A DNA stretch of 51,028 nucleotides from Deltaproteobacteria bacterium HGW-Deltaproteobacteria-1 (GTDB lineage Bacteria > Desulfobacterota > Syntrophia > Syntrophales > Smithellaceae), in assembly GCA_002840635.1 (NCBI GenBank), contig PHBN01000038.1:1-51028 (forward strand). The letters run 5' to 3'. The position numbers were made by a program, and so were the translations under genes. The first letter of the stretch is position 1. Every line of letters begins with the position of its first letter. Under the pieces are notes generated by a model, which was not told the origin of the DNA, ran no database searches, and saw only the letters and a program-made list of their open reading frames with translations. Shown one piece after another: positions 36,248 through 44,958 of this stretch.

Positions 36248-36691
36248 ATGAATAATTTAAAGAATTATCGTCATTATCTTTTAATTCTGCCGCTGTTTTT
36301 TGTATCCTGTTACCCCGTGGCATATAAAAATCTTGAGTGCACACATTATTATGGCGGTTCCACTCAATCCATGCTTGTAACGCCGGTGACAAATCCTTAC
36401 ATGGTAGAAGCAACACAAATTACAATTAATAATTCTGATGCTGAAGGAGAGATGGTCAAAACAAATTTTCTTTTTAAGGTTGTCTATGTTTTGCCTCCAG
36501 CCGATGATGCTGCGATTAATATTTATGTTTATTATCTCTCGGATGCAGGGCAAGTGCCTGTTCATCAGGTGAAGTATTTGCCTCCATTTCCAGTTCGGGA
36601 TGACGACCAGCCATTTGGATTTACGGGCTTACAAAATGTTTATGAACCCACTCTGGGACGAGTCTTTCAATATTGCTGCCGCTGGAAATAA
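36248..36691 (+). CDS. hypothetical lipoprotein
   Basis: 147 aa. Signal peptide with lipobox LFFVSC. AT-rich, and no recognisable domain. Confidence 0.5.
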   Translation: MNNLKNYRHYLLILPLFFVSCYPVAYKNLECTHYYGGSTQSMLVTPVTNPYMVEATQITINNSDAEGEMVKTNFLFKVVYVLPPADDAAINIYVYYLSDAGQVPVHQVKYLPPFPVRDDDQPFGFTGLQNVYEPTLGRVFQYCCRWK

Positions 36692-36709
36692 ATATTTAAA
36701 AAGGGAAAT

Positions 36710-37708
36710 ATGCAAATATTTCGAATAATATGTTTTTTGATATTTCTTTTAATTTTCCCCAGGGCAGGTTTTGCTCACGACCAGATTGTGCGGGTCAACT
36801 TCGTGGGAGACGTAATGATAGCAATGCTGCCGGGTGACCTTATTATAAAAGGCCGGGACCCTTTTACTGGATTTGCTGATATTTTTAAATCCGGTGATAT
36901 TAATATAGGAAACCTGGAAACATCGGTTGCGTCAGGTGGTAAGCCATTGAGCAAGCCGTATGTTTTTCGGGCAACTCCTGCAGCAGTACCCGTCTTAAAA
37001 AAGTATTTTCATGCCATGTCACTGGCCAATAATCATACGGGAGATTATGGTCAAAGCGCCTTGCAGGAAACATTTCAAAACCTGAAAAAGGGCGGACTTA
37101 ACTACTTTGGAGCCGGCTATAATTTATCTGAAGCGCATACCCCGCTGATCTTTGAGCGAAAGGGATTACGAATTGCTCTTTTAGGATACAACGAATTTTT
37201 TCCAAGACAATTTGAAGCGGGCGCAAGCAGGCCGGGAGTTGCCTGGAGTTCTGAAGATGAACAGGTGATTGCCGATATTAAAAGAACGCTGAAGCAATAT
37301 GGCGCAGATATTGTGATCACTTACATGCATTGGGGTTGGGAAGACGAGCCGCTTCCCAGTGAAAGACAACGAACCCTGGCTCGCAAAATGATTGATGCCG
37401 GTGCCACCGTTGTGATAGGCAGCCATCCGCATATCCTTCAAACCGTTGAATCCTACAAAGGGGGCTTGATTGCATATAGTCTGGGTAATTTCGTATTCGA
37501 TGAATATGATGATGACGCTGGTTGTACCGGCTGGCTTCTTCGATTAAATTTTGATCGCAAAGGTCTTTTGAGTTGGGACACCATCGTTTCATATATTGAT
37601 CCAAAAACCGGTTTCCCAAATCCCAGACTGAATGTGAAAAGTCCCTGCGGAAACAGGCAACACCCTGAGATTGGCTTCTGCGTTGCAGGAAAGCCTTTGA
37701 AAGAGTGA
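36710..37708 (+). CDS. CapA-family (PGA_cap) metallophosphatase-like protein
   Basis: Signal peptide, then VNFVGDVM, GNLET, ANNH, HWGWE and GSHPH motifs, characteristic of the CapA/YwtB family. Confidence 0.8.
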   Translation: MQIFRIICFLIFLLIFPRAGFAHDQIVRVNFVGDVMIAMLPGDLIIKGRDPFTGFADIFKSGDINIGNLETSVASGGKPLSKPYVFRATPAAVPVLKKYFHAMSLANNHTGDYGQSALQETFQNLKKGGLNYFGAGYNLSEAHTPLIFERKGLRIALLGYNEFFPRQFEAGASRPGVAWSSEDEQVIADIKRTLKQYGADIVITYMHWGWEDEPLPSERQRTLARKMIDAGATVVIGSHPHILQTVESYKGGLIAYSLGNFVFDEYDDDAGCTGWLLRLNFDRKGLLSWDTIVSYIDPKTGFPNPRLNVKSPCGNRQHPEIGFCVAGKPLKE

Positions 37709-37940
37709 TTTCAGCCGGATATCAAAAATTCAGAGGTCAGCGCACATATACCGACTATCAATATGAATTGACAAATGACCGCCTTTCCTATACTGCGCGT
37801 CAATAAAAAGAAGATCTTCTGATTTTGCTTTGAAAAGACTTAATGGGGCATCATCGGTCATGTCGAATATCCATCAGGGTATTCTGGTATATTCATGATT
37901 TCAAATCAACGCAAGGAAATATCAAAGGAGTAAAAACATT

Positions 37941-39938
37941 TTGGTTTCACGTACACTTTTTCACCGTAAACACTATTGGGTGATCTGCGCCTTCGGACTA
38001 TTGCTCAGCCTGGCCTTTGCGTCATCGGCCTTTGCCGTGGAAAATATCGCCGCTTATCCCTATTTACCAAAGGGGTATAAATCCATCCGGGTATTTGACA
38101 GCCATGGGAGATTCGTCGGCCGGGTTCTGGCGGATAAGCGTTACTGGGTTGAAATCGATCAAATTCCCATCTTTCTGCAAAAAGCGCTCATCGCCGTCGA
38201 GGATGTCCGCTTTTACGAACATGGCGGGATTGACATGCGGGGGATTGCCCGCGCGCTTGTAAAGGATGTGATGAAGGGGCGCATGGCCGAGGGCGGTTCG
38301 ACGATTACGCAGCAGCTTATCAAAAACAAGTATTTCAAAGGGGAGAAGACGATTGAACGAAAGGTCCGGGAAGGAATCCTGGCCATGGAATATGAGCAGA
38401 AATACACAAAGAAGCAGATCCTGGAGATGTATTTCAACGAGGTCTATTTCGGAAACGGGGCATGGGGTATCGCGCAGGCCGCACGGCTTTATTTTGACAA
38501 AACGCCCCAGGAGTTGAACGAGATGGAATGTATCCTTCTGGCCGCAACTCCCAAAGCTCCGACGCACTATAACCCTTTGGGTGACCCGGCAATGATCGAC
38601 AGGCGGAAGAAACTTATTCTAAGTCAGATGGTAAACCTGAAAATGATCACCGCCCGGAAAGCAAAAGAATTGCGCTTGCGGCGCGTTTTCTTCACGAAAC
38701 AGGGAGAAGCCCCATATTATGTGGCCCATGTCCGTATCAAACTGATTGAGCAATACGGGCCGGAGATCATCGAACAAGGCGGACTGGATGTCATCACGGC
38801 CATGGATTTGCGCATGCAGCGCCTGGCCGAGAAAACATTGAAGGAAGGCGTAGGGCGTATCAACCCGCAGCTTCAGGGCGCACTCGTGGCCCTTAATCCG
38901 AATACGGGAGACATCCTGGCGGCCGTGGGTGGTATAGATTTCGTCCAGAATCCTTACGACAGGGCTTTCTTTGCCAAACGACAGCCCGGTTCCGCCATCA
39001 AACCCCTGATCTACGCGGCAGCGCTTGAAAAAGGCTTTACGGCGGGAACAATTTTAAACGATGATCCTGTATCTTACGAGAGGGGAAACAGCAGAAAATG
39101 GACCCCCAAAAACTTCCAACGGAAATATTACGGAGATTTAAGCCTCCGGCAGGCTCTGGCTTATTCAAACAATGTCATTTCCGTGAAGCTCCTCGAAGCC
39201 ATCGGAGTTCCTTTTTTTATTGATTTTGCTTCCAGGCTCGGGCTGACGTTAAGCACCGCCAATGACCTCACTCTGGCTCTTGGTTCCGGTGAAGTTACCC
39301 TGCATGACCTTGTCTCCGCTTATGTTCCATTTGCGAATGGCGGCCTGCGGCCGCGATCCAGGACCATCATCCGCGTCTATGATCGCAATCGCCGGACCTG
39401 GACGGAAACACCCCTGTCCATGTCCGCGGTCCTTTCCCCCGCTTCAGCTTTTGTGACAACTCAGATGATGGAAGACGTCCTTACTTACGGCACCGCTAAA
39501 ACATTGAAAAGCTTTGTCGCAAAACGGCCGGCTGCCGGGAAAACGGGCACGACCGACGATTACCGGGACGCATGGTTCATCGGCTATACCCCGCAGATCA
39601 TCACGGGAGTCTGGGTTGGTTACGACAGGCCAAGGCCGGGAGGGGCAGGTTTTACGGGCGGGTCCGTTTGCGCGCCTGTCTGGGGCCGCTTCATGCGCGG
39701 AGCCCTGGCCGGGAAACCTGTTATTGATTTTTCGAAACCCGATACAGTTGTCGGTGTTATGATTGACCCGGAAACAAATGAACTGGCAACGCCTTTGTGC
39801 CCCGTTCAGCGCGAAGAATTTTATATTGCGGGTACACAGCCGACAAAACCCTGCTGGAAACACGGAGTTCCTGACCGCGAACCCGCCCCCGTTCCTGAGC
39901 CTCCACCGCCGCCGATGCAGCAAATGGAAATTCGCTAA
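37941..39938 (+). CDS. mrcA: class A penicillin-binding protein (PBP1A-type transglycosylase/transpeptidase)
   Basis: GT51 motifs EDVRFYEHGGID, GGSTITQQL and RKVRE. Transpeptidase motifs SAIKP, SNN and KTGTT. TTG start with AAAGGAG upstream. Confidence 0.9.
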   Translation: MVSRTLFHRKHYWVICAFGLLLSLAFASSAFAVENIAAYPYLPKGYKSIRVFDSHGRFVGRVLADKRYWVEIDQIPIFLQKALIAVEDVRFYEHGGIDMRGIARALVKDVMKGRMAEGGSTITQQLIKNKYFKGEKTIERKVREGILAMEYEQKYTKKQILEMYFNEVYFGNGAWGIAQAARLYFDKTPQELNEMECILLAATPKAPTHYNPLGDPAMIDRRKKLILSQMVNLKMITARKAKELRLRRVFFTKQGEAPYYVAHVRIKLIEQYGPEIIEQGGLDVITAMDLRMQRLAEKTLKEGVGRINPQLQGALVALNPNTGDILAAVGGIDFVQNPYDRAFFAKRQPGSAIKPLIYAAALEKGFTAGTILNDDPVSYERGNSRKWTPKNFQRKYYGDLSLRQALAYSNNVISVKLLEAIGVPFFIDFASRLGLTLSTANDLTLALGSGEVTLHDLVSAYVPFANGGLRPRSRTIIRVYDRNRRTWTETPLSMSAVLSPASAFVTTQMMEDVLTYGTAKTLKSFVAKRPAAGKTGTTDDYRDAWFIGYTPQIITGVWVGYDRPRPGGAGFTGGSVCAPVWGRFMRGALAGKPVIDFSKPDTVVGVMIDPETNELATPLCPVQREEFYIAGTQPTKPCWKHGVPDREPAPVPEPPPPPMQQMEIR

Positions 39939-40014
39939 AGGGCAGCGACGGAAGTCAGAGGGGATGAACGCACTCACGGGCACGACCAGTTTAAAAAAAT
40001 AAAATGATCACCCT

Positions 40015-40197
40015 CTAGAAAAGCAGCCAGATCGCAATCAGCGGCACGAGGTTAAGCATGATGACGGCGATTTTATAAATGGCCAGACCCGCGTAGTGAA
40101 TGGCATCGAATGTCTCAACAGGGATTTTGAACCAGCGGCTGTGCAATTTGACAGTGACACAAAAAAGAAGAAAATCCTTGATTTCATTTGTTGTCAT
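40015..40197 (-). CDS. small two-TM membrane protein, hypothetical
   Basis: 60 aa. GGAGG lies 7 nt upstream of the ATG. The C-terminus is hydrophobic (IAVIMLNLVPLIAIWLLF). Confidence 0.5.
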   Translation of the reverse strand: MTTNEIKDFLLFCVTVKLHSRWFKIPVETFDAIHYAGLAIYKIAVIMLNLVPLIAIWLLF

Positions 40198-40327
40198 GAT
40201 AAACCTCCGTGGAATTCTTTAAGAGATTATTTATTTCACGAGCTGTCATTCATGAAGTTCAAACAATCCACTGACGGCAATCTTTTATCGAGCCTCCGCC
40301 AACCTGTTGTCTGTCAGCAAGGAAGCA

Positions 40328-40576
40328 CTATCTTTTTATCAGGCGATAAAGAATCAACAGAAGAAGAGCTCCTCCAATGGCAAGCATTAAGCTTACCAGA
40401 TTGAATCCGGTTATTGTCCCGATTCCCAGAAAAGATCCGATATACCCTCCAAGGAAAGCACCGGCGATGCCTATCAGGATGGTAATGATGATTCCTCCCG
40501 GATCTTTGCCCGGCATGATTAATTTTGCAAGAACGCCCACGATTAATCCCATCACGATCCATGATAAGATTCCCAT
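40328..40576 (-). CDS. GlsB/YeaQ/YmgE-family stress-response membrane protein
   Basis: 82 aa. The sequence MGILSWIVMGLIVGVLAKLIMPGKDPGG...GAFLGG is the family signature. AAGGAG lies upstream. Confidence 0.85.
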   Translation of the reverse strand: MGILSWIVMGLIVGVLAKLIMPGKDPGGIIITILIGIAGAFLGGYIGSFLGIGTITGFNLVSLMLAIGGALLLLILYRLIKR

Positions 40577-40692
40577 GATAAATCTCCTTTATGTTTTTGA
40601 AAGGTTAATATAAACGAACGCCTTGCCCGTACCGGGGCAGAATTGTTTCTTTTATGTGTCTTTATTATAACATACTTGACGTTCCGGTCAAA

Positions 40693-41269
40693 CTAATCCA
40701 CTCCCTGCACCTTAAAACGCCTGCGGAATTCCCGTGGCCGTTCGTATTCCGGCAGCGACCATATTCCTCTTTTTGCTGATCTTGCTTCCCTGCGGGCATC
40801 AAGAAACGGTTTCCGGTAAGGATATCGAAGGAATTCAATATAAGTGTCCGCGTATCCTTCCCTGAGCATTTCCAGATTGATATTTCTGTTTTCCAGCCGG
40901 ATAACTCCAACCATGCGTCTATACTGGTCAACTTCAATAATGTCCAGTTTCACCTTATTGCCGAGGAGTTTATTTTTAAGAGCTCTGCCTGATTCTTTTC
41001 CATAGGATTGTCCGGGGATATTCATTCGACCGGTCCGGTAATCGATTTTAGGCGTTTCGGGCGCATCAATGCCATACAGCCTGACCCTGAGGATGGTTTG
41101 ATTCGGTGTTGTTAATTGAATTGTGTCGCCGTCATACACCCGGGTGACCGTTCCTTTCACTGTGCGGAGCGTGTCGGAATAAACAGTCGATTCTGTAAAT
41201 AGTGCGAGGAAAATGAAGACAGGTGTTAAGAAAAAAAAAATTAACGAGAAATCCTTTTGACCGCATCAT
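40693..41269 (-). pseudogene. secreted thermonuclease (SNase-like); signal-peptide exon out of frame because of an A10 run
   Basis: Catalytic part VTRVYDGDTIQL...VRLYGIDAPE...EARSAKRGIW (the 40693..41160 ORF). Upstream, the ATGATG at 41269 encodes MMRSKGFLVNFFF. This joins LTPVFIFLALFTESTVYSDTLRTVKG in frame only if the run 41231..41240 were 9 nt. Confidence 0.75.
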
Positions 41270-41431
41270 GATGGCAATTCCCCTGTTGTCTTATGTGTGA
41301 GCATAAAGGGAAGGAGATTGATTGTCAAAACAATTGTGTCAAGCTTTTGGAATTCATATCTGTGTTTTCAGTTCGAAGGGACGCTGCAATGGGGAATAAA
41401 GGATTGGTAAATAATATTTCAGATCTGCAAG

Positions 41432-42511
41432 TCAATAACGCACGTAACTGTAATAATCATAGACGCTGTCAAGGCTTTTTTCTATTTCCGATGATTTTGC
41501 AATGCAAAAAACGATATGTTTTTCTTTGGGTGTGGCTTTTTCAAGATACTCAAAGACTGATAAATGTGGGTCTGCGATCGCTACGGTTAATTTCCTGGCG
41601 CTGTTATTTATAACGACAATACGATTCTCCAGGGCGTATTCTTCTCCTATGGCTTTCTGCATGGCGCGGGATACGGTGTAACCTTTTAAAGAAACAACGG
41701 GCATGCTGAAGTGAGCAGACAGAGCATGAACATAATCTTTTTCGCTTATCATCTTGCTTCTGGCGAGCAGGTGACCCAGATGCTTGTGTATGCCGAAGTA
41801 TTTTTGTTGCTTCTGCTGATTGAGTATGTCATTTAACTGCTCCCGGGTTATGATATTCAGTTCAATGAGAATTTCTCCCAGTTTTTTTCTCTTGTTGCTG
41901 TAGTAGAGACCTTTCATAATTTTGGACTGGGGAAGGCCCATTTCACAGAGTATTTGTCCGAGATATTTTTCGGGTTCCCGTTTTTTCAGATCCATGGCCG
42001 TATTTAAATCAGATTCCGATATGATTCCCTTCGACACGAGAATCTGACCGATTTTATTGGACGAAGACTCCGCCTCATGAATTTTGGATTCCAGCTTTTT
42101 TGTTACATTATTGAGACTGCTTAATGCTTTGCTGATATTCATATAGGAATTGGCCTGGATAAGACCCATTTCACGAAGTATTTGTGCCGGTGTTTTGTCA
42201 GGTTCTCGTTTTTGCCTTTCCATGGCTTCGCTTAAATCGTCTATCGTGATATTTCTTTTCGCAACGACAAGCTTGCTGTCTTTCTCAGACGAGAACTCAG
42301 CCTGTTTCATTCTGGATTCGAGCTTTTTTGCCGCATTGTTCAGGGTGTTTAATGCATTATTGATTTGGGCGCTGGATTGTTGAGAGACTATTTCATGAAG
42401 AATACGTTCCGGTGGTTTGTCCGGTTCACGTTTCTTTCTTTGCATGGCTTCGCTTAAATCTTTTATTGAGATGTGTTTTTTCAGACTTGGAATATGAAAC
42501 ATAGGCTTCAC
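41432..42511 (-). CDS. T2SSE_N/MshEN-like domain protein with three tandem 74-76-aa repeats
   Basis: 359 aa. Repeats start at residues 14, 88 and 164 (I[ST]I.DLSEAM..[QK]KREPDK...IL.E). DNA period is 222/228 nt (CATGGCTTCGCTTAAATC at 42221 and 42443). The C-terminal part resembles GspE/PilB N-terminal domains. Confidence 0.65.
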   Translation of the reverse strand: MKPMFHIPSLKKHISIKDLSEAMQRKKREPDKPPERILHEIVSQQSSAQINNALNTLNNAAKKLESRMKQAEFSSEKDSKLVVAKRNITIDDLSEAMERQKREPDKTPAQILREMGLIQANSYMNISKALSSLNNVTKKLESKIHEAESSSNKIGQILVSKGIISESDLNTAMDLKKREPEKYLGQILCEMGLPQSKIMKGLYYSNKRKKLGEILIELNIITREQLNDILNQQKQQKYFGIHKHLGHLLARSKMISEKDYVHALSAHFSMPVVSLKGYTVSRAMQKAIGEEYALENRIVVINNSARKLTVAIADPHLSVFEYLEKATPKEKHIVFCIAKSSEIEKSLDSVYDYYSYVRY

Positions 42512-43448
42512 ATACTAGACTCTGCAGAATGATCACCGATGGTTATTTCTCTGATGAAACATAATTCCCGTTCAGATGATTTCTCGGGTTTGCCGAATTC
42601 AAAGCCCGTTTCGGGTATCCATCATTCAGCATTTAACAAAAGAACAGGATTAAGCCAACAAGACAGATAAAAATAACCATCAAAAAAACTGCGTCCGATA
42701 GAAATATCCAGTATTTCTCTTGCAGTTCAACATAAATAAACCTTATAAACAATGCAAAACAAATGCCATGAACCTAATTATAAACCAGAAACTGCGCAAA
42801 TCGATTTTATTCTCATATTTGAAAATGAAAAAGGCGAGACGATGACATCAGTATAACTGACAAGCCGCCTGCAGAATGTATTACAAGTAGTTGTTTTTGC
42901 TGTTTTAATAATTTATCATAATAAATACAAATACTTTTGAAAAATCTTACCGGATGGGTCATGGAGAGTGCCTCGTACGAGCCCCGTAACTTATTTATAT
43001 CTCATGAGATATAAATATAATCCCCCAATCCGGGACTTCTACACAGAAGGGCATATGTTGTAACAAGTTATTATGTAAAACGATCGATGCTATACTGATA
43101 CAGTCAATGAAAAAAATCACCAGGAAAGGGTAGCGATGAATTGTTGAAGCTTTCCAAGGCATGAATTATATAAATCGAGCTATTATATTTAAGGGATTGA
43201 GCAACATTTTTTGGAGACAAGTCAGGTTTTTTTGTAGATGCGCCTGACCTGCATCTAGAAAGAAATAAAACGATCTAAAATGTAAAGTCGTTCAATATCA
43301 ACAAATTAATAATAATTTCTAATAGTTCAAATCATCTGTGCAAAGCCGTCCGTCCATGATGGTTTTTTTTACTTATATTCCGGTAATTTTCAGCACTCGC
43401 ATGGTAACATTTGGTGAATGTACCCTCAGTCCCCTTCACTCAATGGTC

Positions 43449-43955
43449 TTATTTCCGGGCTTTTCTATTTAATGTAATTGAATAACTCCATTGGCATTCC
43501 ATGCCGTCGGGATGAACATACCGTGAACTTGCATTCCCGGTGGCAAGTTCATTGGTTAACACAGTCAATCTGAATGCATTTGTTACTTCTCCGCCCTCAT
43601 CATCGACCTTTGCTTCGTTGACAAAAACAAGTTCATTGCCCGTCAGTGTGCCACGGAAGGTACATAGAGATGCAGGATTGCACACTCTGCCTGACTGAAA
43701 AACAAGAATGTAAGGACGAGGTCCGCTGCCTTTAGCGATTGTCAATGTGCCTGATGCCGCGCTGCCGGCAGGACACATACCCTGTATGGTCGGCATTGTT
43801 GCATTATAATTCCATGTGCCGGTGATCTTGATCAGTTTCGGGTTAATCGGCTTTACGAGAGGTACCAGGGGAATATCATTCTGGCAAAGGGCTGAACCAC
43901 CACTTAAAACGAAAGCCAGTATTATACTGACCATTGCAGCTTTTATCTTTTTCAT
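43449..43955 (-). CDS. secreted hypothetical protein
   Basis: AGGAGG lies upstream of the ATG at 43955. Signal peptide MKKIKAAMVSIILAFVLSGGSALC. Four further Cys residues, and no recognisable domain. Confidence 0.55.
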   Translation of the reverse strand: MKKIKAAMVSIILAFVLSGGSALCQNDIPLVPLVKPINPKLIKITGTWNYNATMPTIQGMCPAGSAASGTLTIAKGSGPRPYILVFQSGRVCNPASLCTFRGTLTGNELVFVNEAKVDDEGGEVTNAFRLTVLTNELATGNASSRYVHPDGMECQWSYSITLNRKARK

Positions 43956-44062
43956 GATTTCCTCCTTTATAGAAATGATCATGTGTACCGATAAATTCAG
44001 CCGAAGCTGTGATCGAAAGGCTAAGGGGTCTGGCTTGGGTTAAAAAAAACACTTTAAATTAC

Positions 44063-44827
44063 TTATTTCAGCTCAAACGCAAAGGTGCTGACGACCCGTA
44101 TCTTTTTCAATGGAGTACTTGTCGGGCTGTAGGGAGCCGATTCATCGTTGCCGTCGCTGCCAAATATCTGAATCATACCCTGGTTTGCAGACGAAATTTT
44201 TCCGACCGTGGTGCCGGAATCGGAAGCAAACTGCGAAGCGGTAAGTCGCGCATTTTTTGTGGCTTCTGCAAGGAGCTGCGGTCGCAGGTCATTAAACGTT
44301 GTGACAACATATCGAGGGTTCGCCATACCTTCCCCCTGCTGTCCATCAAGTAGCACGCCTGATTTGAGCAATTCCTCTGTGGCCCCCAGAGCGTTGGTCA
44401 CAAGGTCGATATTTGTGGTCGTTACCTTCACGGAACTGGTTACAACATAGCGGAATCTTTCACCCGCCTGGTTTTGACTATAGTCACGGGCAAGTTTATC
44501 AATGGTCCGTGTCGGCTGCCGGCTTATTTCCTTATCCTTGAAGCCCTGCTTTTTGAGGAATGCAACGGTGGTGTCGCGGTCAAAGGTGATTTTCGTGTGA
44601 GTGTCCATGATGTCTTCACCGGCTCTCCTGAAATTCAACAGCCAGATCGCCTGGTCTGCCTTGACCTCTTTTTCCACCAGGCCCTTGACTGTGACTGTGC
44701 GTGCATCCGACTTGAAACGGGTAACACCCTTTCCCACAAAGTATCCCCCGAGAGTAAGTCCTGCAATTAGAGAAATTCCAAGAATGATGGCCGCTAAAAC
44801 AAGATTTGGGCTTTCATTTGATGCCAT
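44063..44827 (-). CDS. SIMPL-domain (DUF541) periplasmic/membrane-anchored protein
   Basis: GGAGGG lies upstream of the ATG at 44827. N-terminal anchor, then a pattern typical of 26-kDa periplasmic immunogenic protein homologues (...VVSTFAFELK end). Confidence 0.7.
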   Translation of the reverse strand: MASNESPNLVLAAIILGISLIAGLTLGGYFVGKGVTRFKSDARTVTVKGLVEKEVKADQAIWLLNFRRAGEDIMDTHTKITFDRDTTVAFLKKQGFKDKEISRQPTRTIDKLARDYSQNQAGERFRYVVTSSVKVTTTNIDLVTNALGATEELLKSGVLLDGQQGEGMANPRYVVTTFNDLRPQLLAEATKNARLTASQFASDSGTTVGKISSANQGMIQIFGSDGNDESAPYSPTSTPLKKIRVVSTFAFELK

Positions 44828-44958
44828 GACATTTCCCTCCACGCATTAATTATATTAATTGTCTGATGGTAGTCTTTACATCAGTCATTTCTACCAAGAG
44901 ACTGTGTCGATGCCATGTTTTTCATCACGATAACGTCAGGCACAGGATGGCAAATATC

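Noticed and set aside
37768-37794. TTGACA-15-TATACT upstream of PBP1A, and TTGATT-15-TATAAA upstream of mdh (22690s)
   Set aside because: The hexamers are good but the 15-nt spacers are suboptimal and there is no supporting feature. Not reported as features.
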